In this document: positions 1 through 11,407 of the stretch, piece after piece | Position numbering within the stretch: the first letter of the stretch is position 1 | Layout: every line of letters starts with the position of its first letter | From: Pelomyxa schiedti | Lineage: Eukaryota; Protista; Evosea | Assembly: GCA_020536535.1 (NCBI GenBank) | Contig: JAHLWZ010000807.1 | Location: forward strand, 62,001 to 126,000 | Reading direction: 5' to 3' | DNA: 64,000 nt | Made by a program: the position numbers and the translations under genes | The notes under the pieces: model-generated | What the model was told of the DNA's origin: nothing | Seen by the model: the letters and a program-made list of their open reading frames with translations, nothing else | Databases searched by the model: none

Positions 1-3000
1 GTAGAGTGATTCCATAAGATTTTCCGAGTGAATCAAAACAACTGCGCGACCGTCCGCCATACATGCTTTGATACTAATAACATCAATGGTGGCTAATTTG
101 AGTAGTGCAGAAGAACCTTTGTACGTTTTGGCAAACTACCAAGTCTGATTGGTCAGCAGGAAAATCACTCCCAAATAGTACGACAGCTTTATCTAAATTG
201 ACAATTTCTCTTTCAAAGAGTATTTGAAGTGCCGAGTCATTTCTTGTTAGAAGCTGGTGAGAGTTAAAGGAAAAGGATATATCCTTCCAGCCAGATAGTA
301 CCATTAAGTGGCGTGCATTCCTGTCTGCTAAGTTGGATTTTATCAATTCAAGAACCATGGCATGCTGTGAACCAAAGTGGGCAAGTGCTGTGTGATAGTC
401 CAGGCCCACACGGGAGAAAAACTGACGTAAAATTGCCGGAAGTTCCTCAGTACGACCACCTGGCAGAGTTTAATGACGAAAATATAAGGATGGAAAAATG
501 GCTCACCAAAGTTACGGCAAATACCATGAAGGAGTAAATCTGTCAGATTATGTAAAGGGTGGGAAAAGAAGAGGGAGCATACCAGCAGTTACTGACTGGT
601 CCAAATTTCGGTGCAAAAATTTAATTAGAGAATAAAAATCTCTCAATCCAAAGAAATCTCTTGTGTTCTGCTTTTTGTAGACATTATAGTAGGACTCGGC
701 CAGGGCATGCAAGCTCGCCATCAGATGTTGGCTTGAAACAATACCTTGGGCAGTGACTCTTAAATCTTCAACTGTTGGCTCTGGGCGAGTGAGGGTGACC
801 TAGGAGATGATGAAAAAAGTCTCAACATGGTAACAGGCATACAGCTCGATTCATCTTGGCAAGGTCAAGGCACCAACTGCGCCGTGTGTTAGAATATAGA
901 ATAGGATTCATTTAAACATACTTGCTTATACCAACAACAGCCACCTCGGGTTCTTCTAATAGTTTATGGAGGACTTTCAGGGGCAGATGTGGGCTTTGTT
1001 CTGCTAGCCCAACCTCATCCAAAAGAACAACTACACAAGTGTTTGATGTACTATTTTGATACTTAATTGCATGTTGGAATGTCTGCTCGATGCCTGATCG
1101 TGGTGAGAAATGGCTGGAAAAAAATCCTTGGTGATGTGTTACCTTGAGGAGTACTCAAAGGGCTACACTGATATGAAAACACCTCAACCGCAGGGAAATC
1201 ATGGAAAAATGCTCTTGCTGATGTTTTTCCGTTCAGATTAGCAGCAATAAGTTCCATTGCGAGGGACTTCGAGCTCCCTGGTTTTCCAACCACCTTGAAA
1301 GAAAATCGATTAAAAAATCAGTCAAGTTCAGAGGACAGCTACATATATGGGAATCCGATTAAGGATGCAGACAAGGATCATGAAAATATTTTCACTTAAG
1401 TATGATCAGATATAAGGTTCAACAGCATTGAAAGCATACCACAGTGCTTCGTTGAGAGCAATTCCTTCTCCTGGGCACATTTGTTTCACGTAAAATTGTT
1501 GCTCAGCATTGAGGAACTGTGTAAATTCGTTTCTTGCAAGGCAAATTTCCCGTGGACCCATTTTATGCATGACTGAGGCAACCAGCTCACGATACTCTGC
1601 ACGTTTATCACTGTTTTTGTAGTCCAGTTGGTATTTCCACAAGTTAAAAGAAATTCACCTGAGACGAGAATGATAACAGTGAGCAAGGGATAGAACAAGA
1701 GAGCGGGTGATAATTTCTGGAACAGAAAGTTCTCTTCCTTGAGAAACTTTTTGTTGAAACAGACTTCGTTGGAACCTAGAGGTTGTCAGAGGAAAATTAA
1801 ACAGTGAATTCAACCAGCTATAGAGTTTGATGCAGCGAGTTACATCTCGCAGACTAACATTCCCATTTGGTCCTAGGTCACCATTTCTAATGAAGGACTG
1901 TGAAGCTGAAATCTAAAGAACTCAGCAGAGAAAGAACCAAAGTTATAGTACCAGCTCAGAAAAGAGCCTACAAACAGGAGGTGCTCTAAATTCTATACTC
2001 TGACTTTCACGGAGACCCTCCGCAACAGGAAGTCTGTAGGCTTCTGGTTCATTGTAGGGGGGAGGTAACTCAAGTTCACGGTTGAGAATAGCAAAGATAT
2101 AAAGCTTCTCCACCTGAAAAAGTGTCAATAACTTTCAGAAACCAAGATGGGTGTAATTCACCTCAGGGTGGAGACTTCCATAGTCAAAGACATAGTCAAC
2201 CATTGATTCAGGAAGGGGGTGCACACGATACACAAGATTTTTCAAAGGGTCAGGAATGATAGCCGCATCCTTTTGGTGGTACTCATATACAAGTCCAGAT
2301 TCCATGTCCTTGTTTATACTTGAGAAAAGTTCATCAAGAACTGTGGAACCTTGGAAGAAGTTGACTTGGGCATAAGTCGGTATGGATTGCATGCAGCAAT
2401 AAATTTAATATTTGAAGGCAGTTTTTGACCACACATGAAGCCATCGCAAATCATGTTTTTGAATAAAGGCATACAGTTACAAGTATTGATTTCATCAAAG
2501 AAAACATAACTAGGACAATTAATTAAATTTGGGTACAACTTAGGCAGTACTGACACGCTTGTCTCTGTAGATACGGACAAAGCCTTTGGGATAGGTCCAG
2601 TATTCATAAAAGTGATGATATCCAAGTCCTCTATGCCACCATGTACATTGAGAACGTACAGAGACACTCTCAACAGTGCACACATGAAGCGAATAAGAGC
2701 AGTTTTTCCTAAATAAATGTTGGAATCGAGGCGAAGGCACTAAACTGGAGTACCACATCCAGTTTCACCCATAATTATTACGGGAATAGAAGATCTTAGA
2801 AATTGTTATTACAAAGGGATTGCAAAAAAAAAGTACCTAATGCGGAGCTGAATGGCAAGGATTTTCATTACATTCTAAACAACTGGGTTAGAAATCAAAC
2901 AAAATCCGCAGGGTTGCATGCATCAATTGTCAAAACGTAAGAGGGGTTCGGATCTGGGAAATCAGCTGAAATACCAAGAATGGTAGACAAAAGAATAAGG

Positions 3001-6000
3001 CCCTCTGGTCTGGTCAGCTTAGTGTAATCTGGAAATTTTTTTTTTTTGGCCGGGAAAGTTGGCATGCAACAAGTAATACCTTTATTGAAGTCGAATCTAG
3101 CAGTGAATTAAAAAAATTCTCAAGATTGCACACCATACCCATTGAGGGTCAAGACTTGGTTGAGTTCACGTGATAGAACTTGCTCCCCAATGTTGGGGTT
3201 AAGACTAATAATACCAATCCCAAAAGGTAGAACACCATAGCTCATATCAGGGCCAGCTTGATTAAAGAAAACATAACTATACAAAGTGAAAAATAAAGAT
3301 AGACCACAGGAAAGTACGGGTGAGGAGAGTCCTTCCACTGTCTCATGACACTAAAACGCTCAGCAATACTTTTCATCTCATTTAACGTGGTGTCCTCTGT
3401 TTCAACAGCCGCCACAGCTCCCTCAACACTTGAACGATCAGCTGAAACACTCCTCGTAGAGAAGTCATAGGACGTTTGTATACTACAAGCAAGTTAGAAT
3501 TGGGAACTGAACACTTTTCTCAAGTGACCTGAAGTTCACAACAAAGTTCTTGAACTGCGGACATCCAAGGGCACCTAAACAATGGTTGTTGGTACAGAAA
3601 CAAAAAAAGAAAAATAGGCAAACCTGCTACAGCCATATTGGTCAGCAAATCGTAGTAAGATATTTGGAAGAATTGATTCACCATGAACTTTGGCCTTTGA
3701 GATACAACAAATGAAATAATAATCCTAATCACCTTTACAAAATTGGTCCACAGTGTGTATGAAGCGTCTTTGCTTGGGACTGCATATTCACTCAATAGAT
3801 CAAAGCATACAGGCCCAGTAAGGTCTTCAACAGCATCGGGATGGAAGTCAGGGTCTTCTGGCTGTTTTGTTTTTAGATTTCTTTCTTTTCTTTTTCTTGT
3901 TTTTTTTTTTTTTTTTTTGAGACCTTGAAATTCAAAAACTGTTTTTCCTTGTACGCCTGCAGATATTTGCACACAAATTGAAGCTCATAGTTTCGCATGA
4001 AGCCAATCTCAAGGTCTAAAAAATTTTAGAGTAGCACGGTTTATATGAAGGAGACATTCAGGAGATCCAGACAGTGGCTTTAAATCGTAATTATATAGGT
4101 CCAGTGCATCCTTGGCAACAAGAGATACTTCTTGTGGAAGCATGGAGCAGAAGTGCAACCTATTCAAAGTTTGATATAGGATTTATGGGTACCAAATCAC
4201 CTCTTGAAAGTAGAATTCTGATAACTGTTGGCAATTTCTATATAAAAACCATCTGTTTCTAAGCGGTGATAAATGGCACCTGTTAGAGGATCTTGAACAG
4301 TGCCAACGATAAGAAGCTGGAACAGTAATGAGTTCAGCTCTTGTACTGTGAGAAAAAAAAAAAAAGAAGACATATTGGTACCGTTGGTTGCTGTTGGTCC
4401 AACATCTACATGGTAGATGGACCTGGAACCATCTGATTGGCTTATGGTTCCTGTTCCCTTAAACAGCTCGATGAAAGTATTGGCAGCAACGAAGCCATTG
4501 ATTGGGATATGCTTATATCTCGCACCCCACCTGGAAAAATTTATCACATTTAGAAGGTAGAAAAAATTCCATACTTGGATCCCTTTCTTTTCACTGCATG
4601 TGTCTTGCCAGCACCTGCGATATCAGACACGAAAACACATGTATCCATTGTGTAAGAAGTGACAATGTTGGCATATATTGTCTTAAGAGTCCCCTCATCA
4701 AGGGGACTCACTTGTAGCTTACGGTGTGCAAGGGCAGAGACAAGATGCTAAAGAAAATGAATTGCAAGAAGAAACCTGAAAACATACCTGCCCTTCTGCC
4801 TCGGTGCTAATAAATATAAGCTGAGCACAATGAGACATAGGAAGTCCTAAAACAAGTTCCACCACCTAGTTCATGATTGGTGATTGAGGAATCTTATGTG
4901 CGAAACCTTGCTCTGGAGTGTGTATGATAAGGCATTTATGTTGGAGACACAATATAGCCTGTTTGTGTGACCTTGGGATCTTGAGTAACACCATCTTAGA
5001 AGCAGGATTTCAATTTCTTCAAGTGATGTGTGCTCGTCACACAGTAGAATCTAAGGTTTGTTGGGTTAGACCATTTGGATGCCGCACTGGAGTGGGTTAC
5101 CTCAGATGGCTCTGGGATTCGGCTATTCTGAATGTAAAGTGAAAGCACAAGATCAAAAATTTTACTGGCTGGTGTAATGACCACATAGTATCCTTGCATC
5201 CCTTCCTCAAAAACATACCTGTAAAAGTCAGAAGATAAAAACAATTTGGGTTAGACCTTGAACCACTTGGGACAATTGACTGTCCAACATTTCTGGATAT
5301 TGGAGTGTGCTTGGTGAAAAGATTGAGTAAGTTCCCCAAACTTTCTAGTCTGCTTGTTGATGTTCCGCCACTTGTCCATCCTGAAACTGCTGCAGTAACT
5401 TCAGCAGGAGTAAGGGTAGAATTGACATAGGATAAAATGCTATTCAAGGAGGTAATATGTGAGGATTTTTGTGTGGGGGTCAAGGTTGCTGAATCAAGGT
5501 GGGCAATGATGTTGAGTAGTTGAGCCATGGTGAAGAAGTTGAGGTAGTAGAATTGACTCCGCGCAACTTTCACGATTTCTTGCCATTCCTATTACTATGA
5601 GAACCAAAAAAAAAAAGGTTAATATCTCTTACTGATAGGACTTGCTGTAGTTGTTCAGCACGTTTCTTTAGAATTGTCAGAGTTGAGCTTGCAACAAACT
5701 AAGAGTGATAAGAGGCTATTAAAGTGTTGAAGTGATGTACTGTTTCCCGATGAATGTGAAAATCAAAGTGCCCACTGTTATGCAGATCGGCAAGGGTTTT
5801 ATTTATCTCGACAACCAATCGAAGTTGCTCAACAAATTCTGACATCATAAGTGGTATCATCTCAGTTTCTTTTTGGACTGGAATTTCAGCAAGCATCTGT
5901 TTAAATAAGTTAGGTGCTCCAGAATGCATTTGACTTACTAATCTATTTCGTAAATCAGTCAATTCGTCTAAAGTCAATGATACTCGTTTCCCTGAGTCTT

Positions 6001-9000
6001 CTGGGTAGTCCATAATCATATCTACTTTGTGATTCTCGACGGCCCACACATACTGGCCTGTTGTCATCAATTTTCGCAGTGTAAAACATGCTTGCATTCC
6101 TTTGTCTGGTTAAAGGAGGATAAAAGGGCAAAAAAAAAAAAACCAGGGCTGCAAGTCCTTTCAGTGAATATTTTCATCAGAAATTCGAATTGTTCATTTG
6201 CTGTATGTAGGTGGCTGACTTCATCAGGTGATGTGATAACAATTTGCTTGAAGACAGTAAGGAATTCCTCCAATGAGCTGCAGGGGTTAGCAGCAAGCAT
6301 TTTTTTGGATGTCACCATACCTGAAAGGTCTCTTTGGGTACAGAATGGGGGAGAGTAAGTTTCGAGATGAAAGCAGTGAAGCAATCGCACTATAAAAGTT
6401 ATTTTAAGGCTCAGGGGAAGACAAACAACCGTAAAGCAATGGGATCATCTGTATTCGATTTAGAAATGGAAATCAAGCGCTGGAACTCTTCAGTGTTTGC
6501 ATGTCCCTGCAAGGGATTAGTACAGAAAGTGCTTTAGTGAGACAGACCAAAAACCAAGTGACTAGTTCAGGGCTAGAGGTGAACTCATCAAGGTACAATA
6601 ATTGCAAATCACCAAACCCCTCAAAAATCTTTTTTTTTTTTTTTTTTTTTCACCTTAGCATTTGTAGCGACCTCTAGAGTGCTTACTCTTTTTACTGTCT
6701 CAACATAGGTTGTTGTATCCCTGAGCACAAGTGTAGTCCATCGCGCTTCAAGGGCAGAATGCACTGTAGAAAGACTTGCACATAAAGCATCATTCTTAAA
6801 GTCTGTGGCAAACAATGCTTTGAGGAATCTGCAGAATGGAATAAGAACAGAACAAAGAGATGATAACAGCACTTGAGTGAATTTAGAAGCAAAGCAAGTC
6901 TCTTGCGATGGTCCTCGAGTATCCTGAAATTCTCCATAAACACAACATGCTTTTTTGCCCAGGAGGAGGACTCTTTCTCTGTTAATTGACCACCAGACTT
7001 CCCAAGGATCTGAAGCTCCCGTTGGAGATGTTTGGTCTCCACAGGTTTGAAGGTTGTCGTAAGATCTGTCAAGATAATTGATACACATATTTCTTTTACA
7101 TGTGCTTGATACCTGTGAAAAGAATCGTGTAGTTATCCACAGACTGGAATAACTCCCGCCAAAATTTTTTTACTGCTGGTATAAGATTACTTGCCACATA
7201 GTCTAGATCAATTTGTGGAGCTTGTACTTCATCCTTGCTGCCATTAAAACAAAAAAAAAAAGTTTGTGAAAGATATACTTGTGTGGGTGCATGGCCTAAA
7301 AGTGCAGCTGCAGCTGCGGGGGGCGGGGGTGGCGGCGGCGGCGGCGGCGGGATTGGAGTTGCTGGTATAGCAGAGCCCACACTATATTTATTGAGAACAT
7401 AAAAACAGGAGATGAAAGTACTTCTTTTTAGCCAGAGCCGACCAAAGAGACAGGAATAAATCAGAACCTCGGTGATCATAAATCCAGCTCAATAAAGGTG
7501 TTACAGGTAAAGAATTAAATAACCCCTTAGTGAATAAGTGGTGAAGTAATTCAGCACATGGGTACCTTGACTTCAGACAGGATAAGACTGTCCCAGTTTT
7601 GACGGATATTAATGAGATCCTCTGATAATTTCCCAGAATTCAAATTAATTGACATTCCAAAAATGTTGATGAAGCACTGTAGATGTGTAACAACGGTCTC
7701 AAACTCAGACATTGTTGAATACTTGTAGGTAACTCAGAAATGGGTTTTTTTGTATTTAGAAGAGTACCCTCTCTTGGAACAGTGCTGCTGGAATTTTGGG
7801 TATATCACAAGATGTTAAGAGCTCAGCAGAGGCTTCTCTACGTTCTCTCAATAGCTGCACCTCTAGTAAGGTACACCGTTCTGCCATGAAATTCTGGGCC
7901 ACTGTGAGTAATTATGAAATACTTATTAACTGTACATCATAAGTTGTTCTAAGTGTAGCCTTGGCCTGGGTAAGAAGTTCAATAGTTGGTACTTTCTCTG
8001 GGAAATGTGTCCGGTCATCAACTTTCAAAACCTTTTTGAAAAAAATTAGATGATACAACATTTGACTCAAGGTTACAACATGTAAAGCTCGGACCCAGAG
8101 TCTATGCCACTTCAACAGAGTAGCTAAGTCGGCGGTTGGTTTCTCACTTGAGACAGTGAAATCTTGTCTGAAATATTCAAAAAAGTTACCTATTGGCTAG
8201 ATGAAGGAGGCAGTATAGCAATGTATAAACAAGGGGGCAAGGCTTTTGTCTGTGGAGACTATCATAAAGTTCAACCTGACCTGGATCCAACAATCAGACA
8301 GTGTGATGGAAATTTCTGTTACCTTCTTCTGTTTGGGCAAAGCTGGAGACTGCTCTTCGTGCTGTTCAATGTGAAAAAGAATCTAATGAGATAGCTGGCG
8401 TACCTCTTTCCTCAAATATCCTCAAAACCTCTTCTTTAAAAGGAATTGCCAAAGCTTGTGGCAGATCAGAAACTAAAATAGATCTATCATGCAACATATT
8501 CAAAAGGCTGTAAAGTGGAATCAGTTGTGATTCAAGTGTCTGACAGCCTACGTTCGAAGTGCTCGAGTTATGTGCTCCAAGTGTTTTGAAAAGACATCAA
8601 TTTTGCAAACATTATTAAATATTTGAAGGAGATTTGGAAGCTCAACAGAAACCTAGGTTCCTGAATTAGCGAACCATTAGCCATGGTTGACGAACTTTTC
8701 GCTCCGTCGTTGTGTGGTCGAATGTTACAGTACGGGTTTCTACAATAAAAGCACTTGTCAGCCATCTTTGAATGGCTTGGCTCAGCCTCAAGGATAGTTC
8801 ATCTGTGACAACAGAAAGGGTATTGATGTATTGTAAAACGGGAATGGCCTTAAGGGGGGTAAGTTAAATTTGTTGGAGTTCTGGCAGCTTACTTTCATAA
8901 TGTCAGTTATTTGAGTGAATTCATTGCTCTCAAGAGCTGCACAGACTATATTACAGGCATGCTGTGGAGGACAATTTTGAATTAACCTAAGTTCCTTGTT

Positions 9001-11169
9001 TAATGGTAATTTTATCCCTTCAATACATACTGTAGGAAGACATTGAGAGATTTTGCTTGTGATTTAGCTGATCTTGGCCATTCAAAAGTCCTCATGCGGG
9101 ATGTTAATGTATCCATGAAGACCTCAATCATAGGTGCAGAAGGATCAAGAACTAGTGGTTCAACTTCCATGAGCTGGAATAAGCAGTGCATACTGGGTAA
9201 AATGAGAAAATCCTCGATGGCATTGTGAAGAACCTGGGGGCAATTCTAATCATCGAGCACAATATCGGAAGCTTGCTTGTAATAAGAGGTGGTTGACAGA
9301 GGATGAGGTTTCCTTCGTGAAGTGTTTGCATTTCTGTCAGAAAGGCCTTATTTTTTTCCCTTCTAACCATCACAGCGGGTTCCACATAAACCACACCATA
9401 ATGTTTCCCAGCAACCTGAGAAACAACTTCAACAAGTGGAACAAGGGAAAGCCATAAAAACGATCCACATTTGTGCTCTTCCTGAGCAATAGACCGAATT
9501 CCCTTTATTATCCATTCCGCTTGGTCCTTTGTCACCAACTTTGAAATTTCTTAGATAGTTTCTCTAAGGGGAATAATACCTGGGAAAAGTCATACTCTGG
9601 GCTATACAATGAACTATGTGATAGCATCGCAATGAATTCTGGGGGGAAACAAGAAACCATTTTCATTGGAACCCAAGCACCATTAGACCATGTGGATCCA
9701 GTACTCCACCCGCTTCCTGACTCCCACCCAGAACTCCACCCCCCTGTTCCCCATCCAGAGCTCCAACCTGTACTTCTTCCACTAGAAAAATGTTACAAAT
9801 AAAGAAAAATCAGCTTAATGTGAAACCTGTAGGTATCTGTGCCCGATCCAGAGGTATAGACACCGCCACCTGTGTAGGCACCATTTCCCCATGTACTACC
9901 ACCAGTTCCCCAGGATCCTCCTGTTCCCCATGACCATGCCGCTGGCTTCCATACCCTTGAACGTATTACATGTACAACTTCAGCAGAACCTGGCCGCCAG
10001 TTGGAATTTTCTGACTATTTGGGAATTGTACCCCGAGCAAAGCAAAGCATCAAAGCGGCAAGTGGGGTCCACCTTCCTTTCATAGCTTTTATTTTCTCTT
10101 CAGCCCAGTCTTCAACTTCGCGTTGCCACAACTACAAAAAAGGGACAAAATGTTAATTAATTAGTAAGAAAGTAGGTTTGCGTACGTCATCTCGTTCAAC
10201 CAAGCAAGTGAAAGCACAAGAATAACGTTGCAAGAAAATACGGGCATTGGATTCACTGGGGTTCTGGTCAAACTGGTTCCACACCATATTGAGGAATCCC
10301 AAGGCAGCTTCCTTGTTATTCTTAAAGGTGAAATGGTAAAATGAAAGGCCACCTTTCGGTATGCTGAATTCCCACCCCAATAGAATGACCACCCATATGA
10401 TGGTGAGGCTTTGTAAATTGCATAAACTTCGGTTGTTTCTGCGGTTATCTCCCTTTGGTAGTATAAGTAAGATTTTGGCACTGCAACACTTTCACCTGGC
10501 ATCACCACTCTCAAGTTTGACATTGGTTCTGCTTTCAATAACAAACTTGTAATCAAATATTGACCCCTGCCACAAAGTTACCCAAGAACCATTGACGGGG
10601 GATGGTGTCAAACTTTTTGGTGTTTCACAGGGAATGAAATGGAGCCAGACCACAAGCGAAGGTCAGAAGGGTCTCTCTCCAAGTAAGACAAAATTGATGC
10701 AGCAGTAATAACCGGGGTTGTTGTTGTATACTGCATGCCATACATGCCAGCTGCATACTGCGTGACAGGGCGAGTATCTTCCCTCACTCCCACTCTGCCA
10801 TCTTCAAAATTGCCATAAGTTATACACAATCTCAGTAAGCAAACATCCAGGATAGTGATATGTTGAGGTTTTTTTTATTTTTTTTTTTTTAAAAAGCTTT
10901 TTTGTACCAGCGCCAAGTTCATCAGTAGGAACGAAAACGTGAAATGTCACCAGCACGTGATCTTTAACAACGACATCAGTTTGTTGGCTGGGCCTGGTTG
11001 CAGTTGCATTTGACGTCACCGAGGATGTTGGAATTGGCGGCGGGGGATACGACGGAGGCGGCACGGCTGCCCTGGTGGTGGCGCCAGGCACCACCTCAGT
11101 TATGGGAGGAGGAGGCTGAGATTGAGGGGGCCCGACGCCAACTCCTGAGGGTGGGGTTACTTGAGACAT
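1..11169 (-). CDS. RNF213: RNF213/mysterin-like giant AAA+ ATPase / E3 ligase (N-terminal region plus AAA core; 3' end lies beyond position 1), multi-exon
   Basis: Spliced exons give RNF213 signatures. Walker A is LRSSIPVIIMGETGCG|KTALIRF (~2690-2800). Walker B is VFFDEINT, followed by IIAACNPYR-like 'FIAACNPYRL' and 'LVYRVHPLPESMVDYVFDYGSL'. A second Walker A is 'VGKPGSSKSL...FSYQCSPLSTPQG', with Walker B 'VVLLDEVGLAEQSPHLPLKVLHKLL' (~960-1035). Also 'RDFFGLRDFYSLIK' and 'VLFGSDFPADQ'. Probable ATG at 11169 (MSQVTPPSG). Confidence 0.9.
9673..9951 (-). repeat. Coding Gly/Ser/Trp-rich GW/WG repeat tract inside the RNF213-like gene (split by a 45-nt intron at 9782-9826)
   Basis: Translation: WKPAAWSWGTGGSWGTGGSTWGNGAYTGGGVYTSGSGTDTY|SGRSTGWSSGWGTGGWSSGWESGSGWSTGSTWSNGAW. 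It has 12 Trp in ~78 aa, 8 of them in GW or WG context. Confidence 0.8.
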
Positions 11170-11407
11170 GTTGTTATCCGTTTGTTCTTGTTTTTTTGTT
11201 TGGTTTTGGTTACTGGTCAGGAATTTAAAGGAAACAGCAAGCGAGAGGAAATTGGTTTCGGTGATTGAGGAGACAGCTGAGGCCTCAGGAAGAGGGCACA
11301 ATGAAAACGAGAGATAAACCGGGTGATAGTGCGTTGATTTCCGTTTGAAGCTGTCACAGTTACTCTTCCTCGGATCTGGATCTGGCAATTTAATCTTATT
11401 GTTTGGG
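11170..11407. promoter_or_regulatory. Probable compact bidirectional promoter between the RNF213-like gene and UBA2
   Basis: Divergent ATGs at 11169 (-) and 11408 (+) are separated by only ~240 bp. No specific motif was identified. Confidence 0.45.

Noticed and set aside
255-302. ATATCCTTTT plus TCCTTTAAC (U12-like signals) and a 14-bp palindrome AAGGATATATCCTT
   Set aside because: Both fall inside a 48-nt GT-AG intron whose removal gives the RNF213-like 'RHLM|LLTRND'. An AT-AC intron here would be too short and is not needed.
9991-10032. Apparent in-frame TAG in the RNF213-like gene (possible stop-codon reassignment)
   Set aside because: It is removed by a canonical 42-nt GT-AG intron that preserves the frame (R-G|S-A-E).
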